Origin: Mustelus asterias | Lineage: Eukaryota | Direction of reading: 5' to 3' | DNA length: 64,000 nucleotides | Assembly: GCF_964213995.1 (NCBI RefSeq) | Contig: NC_135832.1 | Coordinates: 7,130,001 to 7,194,000 of the forward strand | In this document: piece by piece, positions 24,092 to 36,615 of the stretch | Layout: each line of letters begins with the position of its first letter | How positions within the stretch are numbered: the first letter of the stretch is position 1 | The notes under the pieces: generated by a model | The model's database searches: none | Told to the model about the DNA's origin: nothing | Seen by the model: only the letters and a program-made list of their open reading frames with translations | Translations under genes and position numbers: made by a program

Positions 24092-24157
24092 AGTGGGAAT
24101 TCTGTTCACAAACAGAGCATATAAAGACACAAACTCAATTTACATGACATGATTAAT

Positions 24158-24578
24158 AAGATCGCGCATATCGACACAGACATCAAGTTTCTAACTGCCG
24201 GCTCCAAGTGGAGAGGATCTCCAAGAAGATCGCGCATATCGACACAGACATCAAGTTTCTACTGCCGGCTCCAAGTGGAGAGGATCTCCAAGAAGATCGC
24301 GCATATCGACACAGACATCAAGTTTCTACATTACCCCAGTCCAACGCCGGCATCTCCACATCATGACTACCATCGACACCGCAAACTGCCGGCTCCAAGT
24401 GGAGAGGATCTCCAAGAAGATCGCGCATATCGACACAGACATCAAGTTTCTACATTACCCCAGTCCAACGCCGGCATCTCCACATCATGACTACCCTCGA
24501 CACCGCAAACTGCCGGCTCCAAGTGGAGAGGATCTCCAAGAAGATCGCGCATATCGACACAGACATCAAGTTTCTACA
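24158..24578 (+). repeat. Five tandem units (36, 68, 69, 124, 124 nt) sharing one 3' end
   Basis: Each unit ends AAGATCGCGCATATCGACACAGACATCAAGTTTCTA(CA), at 24193, 24261, 24330, 24454 and 24578. Confidence 0.92.
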
Positions 24579-24635
24579 TTCATGTAAATTGAGTTTGTGT
24601 CTTTATATGCTCTGTTTGTGAACAGAATTCCCACT

Positions 24636-24672
24636 CACCTGAAGAAGGGGCTTGCAGCTCCGAAAGCTTGTG
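24636..24672 (+). ncRNA. Minimal hammerhead ribozyme motif of the PLE terminal repeat
   Basis: CAC-CTGAAGA-A-GGGGC-TTGCA-GCTCC-GAAA-GCTT-GTG: CUGAnGA and GAAA core, stem II, palindromic AAGCTT stem III, CAC/GTG stem I. Confidence 0.75.
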
Positions 24673-25929
24673 TGGCTTTTGCTACCAAATAAACCTGTTG
24701 GACTTTAACCTGGTGTTGTTAACCTTCTTACTGTGTTTACCCCAGTCCAACGCCGGCATCTCCACATCATGACAAAATTAAAGCACACGGTACCGAGGTC
24801 CCTTATATATAATCCTAAGCGTTTACCGAATAGTAACTAGAAAGTGATATATCGACATGGATCGAAGATTAGTTAATAGGCAGCCCACAAAAGCAGGAAT
24901 AAATGGTTGATGCTCATGCTGGAAAAATCTGAGTAGTGTGGCACCTCAAGGATCAACACTTGGACCGAAGTGTCAAAGATTTAGCTGTGTTGACTAAATG
25001 CAGTTTTTACAAGTTTGCAGAAAGGTAGGTTGGAATATGTGTTGTGAATATAATGCAAAGGGGATTCAAGAGAATCTGGACAGAGTTAGTGAGCAGTCAA
25101 GAACGCAGCTGATGCAACAAATTTATGAAAAATATATTTAGCTAGCCACATTGTTAGGAGAAAGAAATGTGCAGTGTAGTTACTATTTGGTAAGCACTTA
25201 GGATTATATATAAGGGACCTCAGTATCGTCGTCAGTAAGTCCCCAAAATGTAACATGTCGACATTGAGATAAGGTGGAAAATGACAGAGGACGAAAGTGG
25301 AGAAATGTGATTTGTTTCATTTCTTCACTGGCAACATAATGTGACAACAGAAAATAAAACAAACAAATAAAATGCATGCAGTGTGAATGTACTATTGTAT
25401 AATGTTCACATAGGCACACAAAGCTGGATTGCACATGCAGTGAGGCAGTAGTGCCACCGTGCCACCCATTTTTTTTTCTTGTGATTTCTTCACGAAACCT
25501 GTCCCATATTTCAGCATAAAATCACACATGACCTTTTCGTTCTTAAGAAGAATATGCTGTCTGAATTTTTGGACTGAAGTGAAACAGCATCTTGAGAAAT
25601 ATAAAGCTATTTTAATAAATACTTCTTTTATCCAGCAATTTGTGTTAGGTATCTAATATAGCTACCGATGCCAATGAAAAAGGGATAGAAATGGTGCTTC
25701 TTGAAGATTAGAGTGACTGGTTTGGCAATTACCTTTTTAAGAGATTGATAATGTGCAAGTTAAATATGTGACTTTGATTGTCCTATAAAGAAATACAGCT
25801 GAAACCCTATCGGTTAGAGAACTTCTTGTAAGTGAGTACGCCTGAGGAATTGTCTCACAATAAACAGGTTTGTACCTGAAATATAAGTCTGGCTTGATTA
25901 TTCCACTATAGTCACACATGGTGAGTATC

Positions 25930-26610
25930 ATGCAGGGACAGAAGGATCTGGGCCTATATGCAAATTATTCGTTGAAGTTTGCAAGAACAGATTGAGATTG
26001 TGAAACATCAAATACGAAAATATGATAGGGCAAGAACAGAAAATGAATCGTCCTATCTTCACATTTCAGAAGACCCATGCTCAGCCTCAAATCGAATGTT
26101 GATTTCAGTTCTGGGTGACACAAGAGAGGAAAGATATGAATACACTGCTGAGTGTGCTGTATGGATTGACGGAATGGATCCAGGGATGCGGAACTTCATT
26201 TATGATGATAGATTGTAGAAGTTGGTATTGTCTTCCTTGGAAAGAAGAAGGCTGGGAAAAGGTCTGATAGGGGTAGTCAAAACTACGATTGGTGAGGAAA
26301 CAACGTGTGGAGAAATGAAGGAATGGAGAATTAGAGGGCGCAGAGCTAAAGCAATTGTCATAAAAGTAAAGAAACCATCATTACAAATTATCATTTCACG
26401 AAACGAATGATAAGGGTATTGTATGCCCTTCCTGAGAGTGTTCTGGAGGTCACTGTAATGGAGGCATTCAAGGAAGAATTAGAGTGTTACATGCAAAAGT
26501 AACGTGCAGGATAACTGGGAGAAGACCAGTAAATGACATGCAAGAAAGGACACTTTCAGAGATCTGGTACAGACACGATGGTCCGAATCATCTCTGCTAT
26601 GCTGCAATAC
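25930..26610 (+). mobile_element. Old CR1 3' fragment
   Basis: Decayed YDDRL..SSLERRRL..GLI motifs. Confidence 0.65.
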
Positions 26611-27191
26611 AACTGTACTTCTGTCATAAACCTGGCAGAGAAGTAACTTTCCAAGGTCAATGTCAGTTAGAGCTTGATGTGGGTCAACGTCAAAGGTTGC
26701 TGTGAGGGACAATGTTTTTGTTCAGAATGGAATTCCCTATACACAGAAAAGAATCTAAGGTTGCAAAAGTTGCTAAATTTGTTGATGGGCATGTATAAGT
26801 AATAACATTGGCTTTGAAGAAGGCATTCGGAGGACACATACATGTAGGCGTTTCCTTGAGTAGAAAGTAACATTAGCCCATATAGCCTCATATGGAAAAA
26901 TGTGAGGTTGTCGAATTTTGCAAGAAAAAATATCAAAACAAAGCAATACTTTGTTTGGGTGGAACGGTCAACTGAACTCGGTCGTGGAGGAGGGTCTGAC
27001 GTTTTCCGGTAAATGGATCACAAGAAGCGAATAGCGAAGTACCGCAAGTATCTGGGTAGTCACAAATAATATGTTGCTATCGAAAGGGAGCCAAGGATCA
27101 AGATAGGGAAGTGTTTCTGCAAGTTTGCAGTCCGGGCTTTTGAGTTCACAGCGTGCTTACTTTTTTGTCACTTTTCATTTTATGAATAAGC

Positions 27192-28625
27192 ATGACTGAT
27201 GTGGTCCCGTTGTTTAAGAAGGGTAGCAGGGATAACCCAGGAGATTATAGGCCGGTGAGCTTGACGTCCGTGGTAGGGAAGTTGTTGGAGAGGATTCTTA
27301 GAGACAGGATGTATGTGCATTTAGAACGGAACAATCTCATTAGTGACAGACAGCATGGTTTTGTAAGAGGGAGGTCGTGCCTTACAAATTTGGTGGAGTC
27401 TTTTGAGGAAGTGACAAAAACGGTTGATGAAGGAAGGGCCGTGGATGTCGTCTATGTGGATTTCAGTAAGGCATTTGACAAAGTCCCACATGGCAGGTTG
27501 GTTAAGAAGGTTAAGGCTCATGGGATACAAGGAGAAGTGGCTAGATGGGTGGAGATCTGGCTTGGCCATAGGAGACATGGGTAGTGGTCGAAGGGTCTTT
27601 TTCCGGCTGGAGGTCTGTGACCAGTGGTGTTCCGCAGGGCTCTGTACTGGGACCTCTGCTATTTGTGATATATATCAATGATTTGGAAGAAGGTGTAACT
27701 GGTGTAATCAGCAAGTTTGCGGATGACACGAAGATGGCTGGACTTGCGGATAGCGAAGAGCATTGTCGGGCAATACAGCAGGATATAGATAGGCTGGAAA
27801 ATTGGGCGCAGAGGTGGCAGATGGAGTTTAATCCGGATAAATGCGAAGTGATGCATTTTGGAAGAAATGATGTAGGGAGGAGTTATACAATAAATGGCAG
27901 AGTCATCAGGAGTATAGAAACACAGAGGGACCTAGGTGTGCAAGTCCACAAATCCTTGAAGGTGGCAACACAGGTGGAGAAGGTGGTGAAGAAGGCATAT
28001 GGTATGCTTGCCTTTATAGGACGGGGTATAGAGTATAAAAGCTGGAGTCTGATGATGCAGCTGTATAGAACGCTGGTTCGGCCACATTTGGAGTACTGCG
28101 TCCAGTTCTGGTCGCCGCACTACCAGAAGGACGTGGAGGCATTGGAGAGAGTGCAGAGAAGGTTTACCAGGATGTTGCCTGGTATGGAGGGTCTTAGCTA
28201 TGAGGAGAGATTGGGTAGACTGGGGTTGTTCTCCTTGGAAAGACAGAGAATGAGGGGAGATCTAATAGAGGTATACAAGATTATGAAGGGTATAGATAGG
28301 GTGAACAGTGGGAAGCTTTTTCCCAGGTCGGAGGTGACGATCACGAGGGGTCACGGGCTCAAGCTGAGAGGGGCGAAGTATAACTCAGACATCAGAGGGA
28401 CGTTTTTTACACAGAGGGTGGTGGGGGCCTGGAATGCGCTGCCAAGTAGGGTGGTGGAGGCAGGCACGCTGACATCGTTTAAGACTTACCTGGATAGTCA
28501 CATGAGCAGCCTGGGAATGGAGGGATACAAACGATTGGTCTAGTTGGACCAAGGAGCGGCACAGGCTTGGAGGGCCGAAGGGCCTGTTTCCTGTGCGGTA
28601 CTTTTCTTTGTTCTTGTTCTTTGTT
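27192..28625 (+). mobile_element. Young 5'-truncated CR1 LINE (one frameshift)
   Basis: ORFs 27192-27584 and 27584-28543, with a TTCTTTG-type tail. Confidence 0.95.
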
Positions 28626-29050
28626 ATTCCTGGGATTCGGGACCTTCTGAATATGGAAGGTTGGCAAGCTCGGCTTTTGTCCAATGGAGTCAAGAAAAAT
28701 GGACGATTATATTATTTACACATAAAATATTGAGCGATGGCGCCTGTTGAGAGGAACTTTCCCCTTATGGTGCGACAATAACTATGGGAAAGAAATAATA
28801 AAGATGGGGCCCCACCTTTTAACCGGTGAAGATGAGATATCTTTCTGTCACCCTGACATTCCTCAGCCTGTTGTATTCTCACTCTCATGGTCATTGGATA
28901 CTCTTAAAATGAATGATTCGTGGTTCACCAGGAATAAAATAGATGTAGGGTGCATTCAGGAAAATGGAACTGAACCGAATGGCCCACTCTGCAACCAGGA
29001 TGACGAACCGAATGGCCCACTTTGGAACCGCATGTAAGAACTGCTGCAAA

Positions 29051-32000
29051 TAGAAACATAGAAACATAGAAAAACTACAGCACAACACAGGACCTTGAGC
29101 ACACAAAGTTGTGCCGAACATGTCCCTACCTTAGCGATTACTAGGCTTACCTATAACCCTCTATCTTACTAAGTTCCATGTACTTATCTAAAAGTCCCTT
29201 AAAAGACCCTATCGAATCCGCCTCCACCACCGTTGCTGGCAGCCCATTTCCCGCACCTACCACCCTCTGAGTGAAAAACGTACCCCTGACATCTCCTTTG
29301 TACCTACTCCCCAGCACCTTAAACCTGGGTCCTCTTGTGGCAACCATTTCAGCCCTAGGAAAAACCTTCTGATTGTCCACTCGATAAATACCTCTCAACA
29401 TCTTATACACTTCTATCAGGTCACCCCTCATCCTTCGTCTCTCCAAGGAAAAAAGGCCGAGCTCACTCAATCTATCCTCATAAGGCATGCTCTTCAACCC
29501 AGGCAACATCCTTGTAAATCTCCTCTGCACCCTTTCTATGGCTTCCACATCCTTCCAGTAATGAGGCGACCAGAACTGAGCACAGTACTCCAAGTGAGGT
29601 CTGACCAGGGTCCTTTATAGCTGCAACATTATCTCACGACTCCTAAACTCAATTCCTCGATTGATGAAGGCCAGTATACCATATGCCTTCTTAACCACAG
29701 CCTCAACCTGCACAGCTGCTTTGAGCGTCCTATGAACTCGGACCCCAAGATCCTTCTGATCGTCGACACTGCCAAGAGTCCTACCATCAATATTATATTC
29801 CGCCATCCTATTTGACCTGGCAAAATGAGCCACCTCACACTTATCTGGGTTTAACTCCATCTGCCACTTCTCCACCCAAGTTTTCATCCTATCAATGTCT
29901 CGCTGCAACTTCTGACATCCCTCCACACTGTCCACAACACTTCCAACCTTTGTGTCATCAGCAAACTTACCAACCCATCCCTCCACTTCCCCATCCAGGT
30001 CATTTATAAAAATCACAAAGAGTAAGGGTCCCAGAACAGATCCCTGGGGCACTCCACTGGTGACCGACCTCCATGCAGAATATGAACCATCTATAACCAC
30101 TATTTGCCTTCTGTGGGCAAGCCAGTTCTGGATCCACAAAGCAATGTCCCCTTGGATCACATGCCCCCTCACTTTCTCAATACGCCTTGCATGGGGCATC
30201 TTTTCAAATGCCTTGCTGAAGTCCATATATACTGCATCAACTGCTCTTCTTTCATCAATGTGTTTCGTCACATCCTCAAAAAATTCAATCAGGCTCGTAA
30301 GGCATGATCTGCCTTTGACAAAGACATGCTGACTATCCTGAATCATATTATACCTCTCCAAATGTGCATACATCCGTCCTCTCAGGATCTTCTCCATCAA
30401 CTTACCAAACACTGAGATTAGACTCACTGGTCAATAATTTCCAGGGCTATCTCTAATCCCTTTCTTGAATAAAGGAACAACATCCGCAATCCTCCAATCC
30501 TCCGGAACCTCCCCCGTCTCCATTGATGATGCAAAGATCATCGCCAGAGGCTCAGCAATCTCCTCCCTCGCCTCCCACAGTAGCCTGGGGTACATCTCAT
30601 CCAGTCCCGGTGACTTATCTAACTTGATGCTTTTCAAAAGCTCCAACACATCCTCTTTCTTAATATCTACATGCTCAAGCTTTTGAGTCCGCTGCAAGTC
30701 GGCACTGCAACCACCAAGATATTTTTCCATAGTGAATGCTGAAGTAATGTATTTATTAAGTATCTCTGCTATTTCTTCCGGTTTCATACAAGCTTTCCCA
30801 CCGTCACACTTCATAGGTCCTATTCTTTCACGTCTTATCCTCTTGCTTTTCACATACTTGTAGAATGCCTTGGGGGTTTCCTTAATCCTGCCTGCCAAGG
30901 CCTTCTCATGACCCTTTTTGGCTCTCCAAATTTCCTTCTTAAGATCCTTCCCATTAGCTGTATACTCTTCTAGATCTCCAACATTACCGAGCTCCCTGAA
31001 CCTTTTGTAAGCTTTTCTTTTCTTCTTGACTAGATTCATTACAGTCTTTGTATACCACTGTTCCTGTAACTTACCATAACTTCCCTGTCTCATTGGAACG
31101 TTGCTATGCAGAACTCCAGACAAATATTCCCTGAAAATTTGCCACATTTCTTCCGTACATTCCCCTGAGAAGACATCTTTCCAATTTAAGCCTCCAATTT
31201 CCTGCCTGATAGCCTCAGAATTCCCCATACTCCAATTAAACACTTTTCTAACTTGTCTGATCCTATCTCTCTCCAATGCTATTGTAAAGGAGATGTAATT
31301 ATAATCACTATCTCCAAAATGCTCTCCCACTGAGAGATCTGACACATGAACAGATTCATTTCTCAATACCAAATCAAAGAACAAAGAACAAAGAACAGTA
31401 CAGCACAGGGAACAGGCCCTTCGGCCCTCCAAGCCTGTGCCGCTCCTTGGTCCAACTAGACCAATCGTTTGTATCCCTCCATTCCCAGGCTGCTCATGTG
31501 ACTATCCAGGTAAGTCTTAAACGATGTCAGCGTGCCTGCCTCCACCACCCTACTTGGCAGCGCATTCCAGGCCCCCACCACCCTCTGTGTAAAAAACGTC
31601 CCTCTGATGTCTGAGTTATACTTCGCCCCTCTCAGCTTGAGCCCGTGACCCCTCGTGATCGCCACCTCCGACCTGGGAAAAAGCTTCCCACCGTTCACCT
31701 TATCTATAACCTTCATAATCTTGTATACCTCTATTAGATCTCCCCTCATTCTCTGTCTTTCCAAGGAGAACAACCCCAGTCTACCCAATCTCTCCTCATA
31801 GCTAAGACCCTCCATACCAGGCAACATCCTGGTAAACCTTCTCTGCACTCTCTCCAATGCCCCCACGTCCTTCTGGTAGTGCGGCGACCAGAACTGGACG
31901 CAGTACTCCAAATGTGGCCTAACCAGCGTTCGAGACAGCTGCATCATCAGACTCCAGCTTTTATACTCTATACCCCGTCCTATAAAGGCAAGCATACCAT

Positions 32001-33170
32001 ATGCCTTCTTCACCACCTTCTCCACCTGTGTTGCCACCTTCAAGGATTTGTGGACTTGCACACCTAGGTCCCTCTGTGTTTCTATACTCCTGATGACTCT
32101 GCCATTTATTGTATAACTCCTCCCTACATTATTTCTTCCAAAATGCATCACTTCGCATTTATCCGGATTAAACTCCATCTGCCACCTCTGCGCCCAATTT
32201 TCCAGCCTATCTATATCCTGCTGTATTGCCCGACAATGCTCTTCGCTATCCGCAATTCCAGCCATCTTCGTGTCATCCGCAAACTTGCTGATTACACCAG
32301 TTACACCTTCTTCCAAATCATTGATATATATCACAAATAGCAGAGGTCCCAGTACAGAGCCCTGCGGAACACCACTGGTCACAGACCTCCAGCCGGAAAA
32401 AGTGCAGCCTCTCCTCTTGTAGACTTATCTACATACTGTATCAAGAAACCCTCCTGAACAAACCTAAAAAAATCCTCCCCATCTACACCCCTTACTCTAG
32501 GGAGATTCCAATCAATATTTGGGAAATTAAAATCTCCCATCACGACAATTCTGTTATTATTACACCTTTCCAGGATCTGTTTCCCTATCTGCTCCACAAC
32601 ATCTCTGTTACTATTGAGCGGCCTATAGAAAACACCCAGTCAAGTTATTGACCCCTTCCTGTTCCTAACCTCCACCTACAGAGACTCCGTAGATAATCCC
32701 TCCATGGTGTCCATCTTTTCTGCAGCCGTGACACTATCTCTGATCAACAGTGCCACTCCCCCAGCGCTTTTGCCTCCCTCCCTGTCCCTTCGGAAACATC
32801 AGAAATCCAGCACTTGAAGAAACCAGTCCTGTCCCTGAGGCATCCAAGTCTTTGTAATGGCCACCACATCATATTTCCAAGAAGTGATCCACGCTCTAAG
32901 CTCATCCACTTTGTTCACAACACTCCTTGCGTTAAAATAGACACATCTCAAACTTTTGGTCTGAGCGCTCCCCTTGTCTATCACCTGCCTGTCCTCCCTC
33001 TCACCCTGTCGGCAAGCTTTCTCTATTTGTGAGCTAACCTCCTCTCTCCCAGTCACTTCAATTTGATTCCCACTGCCTCAACCAGACTAGTTTAAACTCT
33101 CCCCAGTAGCCTTCGCAAACCTCTCTGCCAGAATATTGGTCCCCGTGGGATTCAAGTGCAACCCATCCTT
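29051..33170 (-). mobile_element. Long CR1 LINE (end of ORF1 + APE + RT, disrupted), interrupted at 31374-32401
   Basis: YFNARS, MGDFNFP and GDSDYN APE motifs plus RT. GEAAL|DLVL is rejoined across the insertion; (TTTCTATG)n tail. Confidence 0.9.
31374..32401 (-). mobile_element. Young CR1 3' 1 kb
   Basis: 308-aa uninterrupted ORF nearly identical to 27584-28543, with a (TTCTTTG)n tail. Confidence 0.95.
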
Positions 33171-35497
33171 TCATGTGGCTATCTAGATAAGTCTGAAACG
33201 TTCCCAGTGTGTCCGCCTCCACCACCTTGCCCGGCAGCGCATTCCAGGCCCCCACCACCCTCTGCGTAAAATACGTACTTCTGATATCCGTGTTAAACCA
33301 CCCCCCCCCCCCCTTCACCTTGAACCTATGACCCCTCGTGAACGTCACCACCGACCTGGGAAAAAGCTTCCCAGCGTTCACCCTATCTATGCCTTTCATA
33401 ATTTTATACACCTCTATTAGGTCACCTCTCATCCTCCGTCTTTCCAGTGAGATCAACCCCAGTTTAACCAATCTCTACTCATAACTAAGCCCTTCCATAC
33501 CAGGCAACATCCTGGTAAACCTCCTCTGTACTCTCTCTAAAGCCTACACGTCCTTCCGGTCATTTGGTGACCAGAACTGGGCGCAGTATTCCAAATGCAG
33601 CCGAACCAACGTTCTATACAACCGCAACATCAGACCCCAACTTTTATACTCCCTGCCCCGTCCTATAAAGGCAAGCATGCCATATGCCTTATTTACCACC
33701 TTCTCCACCTGTGACGTCACCTTCAAGGATCTGTGGACTTGCACACCCTGGTCCCTCTGCGTATCTACACCCTTTATGGTTCTGCCATTTATCAAATAGC
33801 TGCCCCGTACGTTAGTTCTAACAAAATGCATCACTTCGCATTTATCTGGATTGAACTCCATCTGCCATTTCTTTGCCCAAATTTCCAGCCTATCTATATC
33901 CTTCTGTAGCCTCTGACAATGTCCCTCACTATCTGCAAGTCCAGCCATTTTTGTGTCGTCCGCAAACTCACTGATCACCCCAGGTACACCTTCTTCCAGA
34001 TCGTTTATATAAATCACAAATAGCAGAGGTCTCAACACAGAGCCCTGCGGAACACCACTCGCCACAGGCATCCAGCCGGAAAAAGACCCTTCCACTCCCA
34101 CCCTCTGTCTTCTGTGACCAAGCCAGTTCTCCACGCATCTAGCCACCTCCCCCTTTATCCCATGAGATCCAACCTTTTGCACCAACCTACCATGAAGGAC
34201 TTTATCAAACGCCTTACTAAAGTCCATATTGACGACATCCACGGCCCTTCCCTCGTCAACCATTCTGGTCACTTAGAACATAAGAACATAAGAACATAAG
34301 AAATAGGAGCAGGAGTAGGCCATCTAGCCCCTCGAGCCTGCCCCGCCATTCAATAAGATCATGGCTGATCTGACGTGGATCAGTACCACTTACCCGCCTG
34401 ATCCCCATAACCCTTAATTCCCTTACCGATCAGGAATCCATCCATCCGCGCTTTAAACATATTCAGCGAGGTAGCCTCCACCACCTCAGTGGGCAGAGAA
34501 TTCCAGAGATTCACCACCCTCTGGGAGAAGAAGTTCCTCCTCAACTCTGTCTTAACCCGACCCCCCTTTATTTTGAGGCTGTGTCCTCTACTTCTTCAAA
34601 ACACTCCACCAGGTTAGTGAGGCATGACCTCCCTCTCACAAAACCATGCTGACTATCATTAATGAGTTTATTCCTTTCTAAATGCGCATACATCCTATCT
34701 CTAAGAATCCTCTCCAACAACTTCCCTGCCACGGACGTCAAGTTCACTGGCCTATAATTTCCTGGGTTATCCTTCCTACCCTTCTTAAATAACGGGACCA
34801 CATTAGCTATCCTCCAAACCTCTGGGACCTCACCTGTGTCCAGTGACGAGACAAAGATTTGCGTCAGAGGCCCAGCGATTTCATCTCTCGTCTCCCTGAG
34901 CAGCCTGGGATAGATTCCGTAGGGCCCTGGGGATTTGTCAGTCTTAATATTCCCTAAAAAACCTAACACTTCCTCCATTGTAATGGAGATTTTCTCTAAT
35001 GGGTCAACACTCCACTCCGAGACACTCCCAGTCAACACATCCCTCTCCTTTGTGAATACTGACGCAAAGTATTCATTTAGGATCTCCCCTACTTCTTTGG
35101 GCTCTAAGCATAATTCCCCACTTTTGTCCCTGAGAGGTCCGATTTTTTTCCCTGACAACCCTTTTGTTCCTAACGTATGAATAAAATGCCTTGGGATTCT
35201 CCTTAATCCTGTCTGCCACGGACATTTCGTGACCCCTTTTTACCCTACTAATTCCCCATTTGAGTTCTTTCCTACTTTCTTTGTATTCCTCCAGAGCTCC
35301 CTCCGTATTTAGCTGCCTGGACCTAACGTACGCCTCTCTTTTCTTTTTGACCAATCCCTCAATTTCCCTGGTTATCCACGGTTCTCGAATCCTACTCTTT
35401 CTATCCTTCTTTTTTACAGGCACATGCGTTTCCTGCAGCCCTAACAACTGTTCCTTAAAAGACTCCCACATGCCAGATGTGGATTTACCCTCAAACA
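33171..35497 (-). mobile_element. CR1 LINE lacking its 3' tail, interrupted at 34275-34590
   Basis: Collinear RT ORFs 35073-35525, 34568-35158, 33544-34272 and 33058-33471. Confidence 0.9.
34275..34590 (-). mobile_element. Short CR1 3' end of another lineage
   Basis: (TTCTTATG)n tail plus an FFSQRVVNLWNSLP-type terminus. Confidence 0.88.
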
Positions 35498-36190
35498 GAG
35501 ACAGAGAGAAGGAGGACACAAGCAAATATAATGCAGCTCGCTGTGGGATCAGATAACCTTACAATGGATGTTCGTGCACAGGCAAAAACATATATATAGA
35601 ATTGGAAACGTCCATGAAATGAAGGGATGTGTCAGTAACGGATGATGGAATGTCAAATGAAGGATGGATGTTGGATGCAGTTTTTTGATTCTTTCATGGG
35701 ACATGCGCGCCCCTGGCTGGCCAGAATTTATTGCCAATCCCGAGTTGCCCTTTGCTTGGCCATTTCAGAAGACGGTTCAGTGACCCGCACTTATTGTAAT
35801 GGCGACATGACGATAATCCAGTCATGCATGGGCAAAGAGATCAGCTGTCCCATTCTGCTAATCGACTCAGACTCAATATGGTTTCGCACTGACTGTTTCC
35901 TTCAGTGGTGTCTTCCGCCTCGACTGAGGGTTCGTTCAACTGTCGTCCACGGCAGACATAAGTTGATTATTCAGGCAGTTGGATGGGCTGCAAACATGAA
36001 TGTGCAGGCAATGGGAAATTAAACACAGCGATGATTCTTCATATTCAACCCAATGAAATGTTATGACTGATCGGGTGTCTATATAACGGTGATCACCAGA
36101 TCAGCATGCACCATCATCAGTCAAAGTTAAAAAAAAGCACAGAACAGCTCACAAATAGGTTAGCACAGTTTTTTTTCGATTTGGATACAT

Positions 36191-36539
36191 CATAGAACTC
36201 ATAGAAACCCTACAGTACAGAAAGAGGCCATTCAGCCCATCGAGTCTGCACCGACCACAATCCCACCCAGGCCCTACCCCCATATCCCTACATATTTTAC
36301 CCGCTAATCCCTCTAATCTACGCATCCCAGGACACTAAGGGGCAATTTTAGCATGGCCAATCAACCATAACCCGCACATCCTTGGACTGTGGGAGGAAAC
36401 CGGAGCACCCGGAGGAAACCCATGCAGACACAAGGAGAATGTGCAAACTCCACACAGACAGTGACCCAAGCCGGGAATCGAATCCAGGTCCCTGGAGCTG
36501 TGAAGCAGCAGTGCTAACCCTGTGCTACCGTGCCGCCCC
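36191..36539 (-). mobile_element. HE1-like SINE
   Basis: Full copy. Confidence 0.9.
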
Positions 36540-36548
36540 TATATATAC

Positions 36549-36615
36549 CAGGAACACCAATGACAGCAAGGCCCATGTAATATAGTTAAGCAGCACTGTG
36601 AAAAGTTTGACTCAT
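36549..36615 (-). pseudogene. Exon 1 of a second GPR139-like GPCR paralogue (nonsense codon; exon 2 not found)
   Basis: MSQTFHSAA*LYYMGLAVIGVP+G followed by GT. Same 67-nt length, same phase and same LA.IGVP end as 48619-48685. Confidence 0.8.

Larger units (their letters stand above)
23995..24773 (+). mobile_element. Penelope-like element remnant: inverted terminal arms plus internal tandem units
   Basis: 23995-24147 is the reverse complement of 24580-24732. A 12-bp direct repeat ACAAAATTAAAG sits at 23985-23996 and 24772-24783. Internal ORF start MTTIDTANCRLQVERISKKIAHIDTDIKFL. Confidence 0.85.
23580..25270 (+). mobile_element. Old degenerate CR1, interrupted by a PLE
   Basis: Decayed RT motifs (KTFD..KIK|AHG, PQGSTLGP, KFA) collinear across 23995-24773. 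Confidence 0.7.

Noticed and set aside
24158-24578. CRISPR-like appearance of a 36-bp repeat
   Set aside because: The intervening sequences are themselves repeated parts of the PLE, the context is eukaryotic, and there are no cas genes.
25480-25918. Possible second solo LTR (TGTGA..TCACA, TATAAA, AATAAA)
   Set aside because: No target-site duplication and only one copy.
35561-35615. Leader-like exon (FPILYICFCLCTNIH + GTAAGG) on the minus strand
   Set aside because: No in-frame ATG (ACG instead) and no V exon downstream. It lies in the presumed intron of the GPCR pseudogene.
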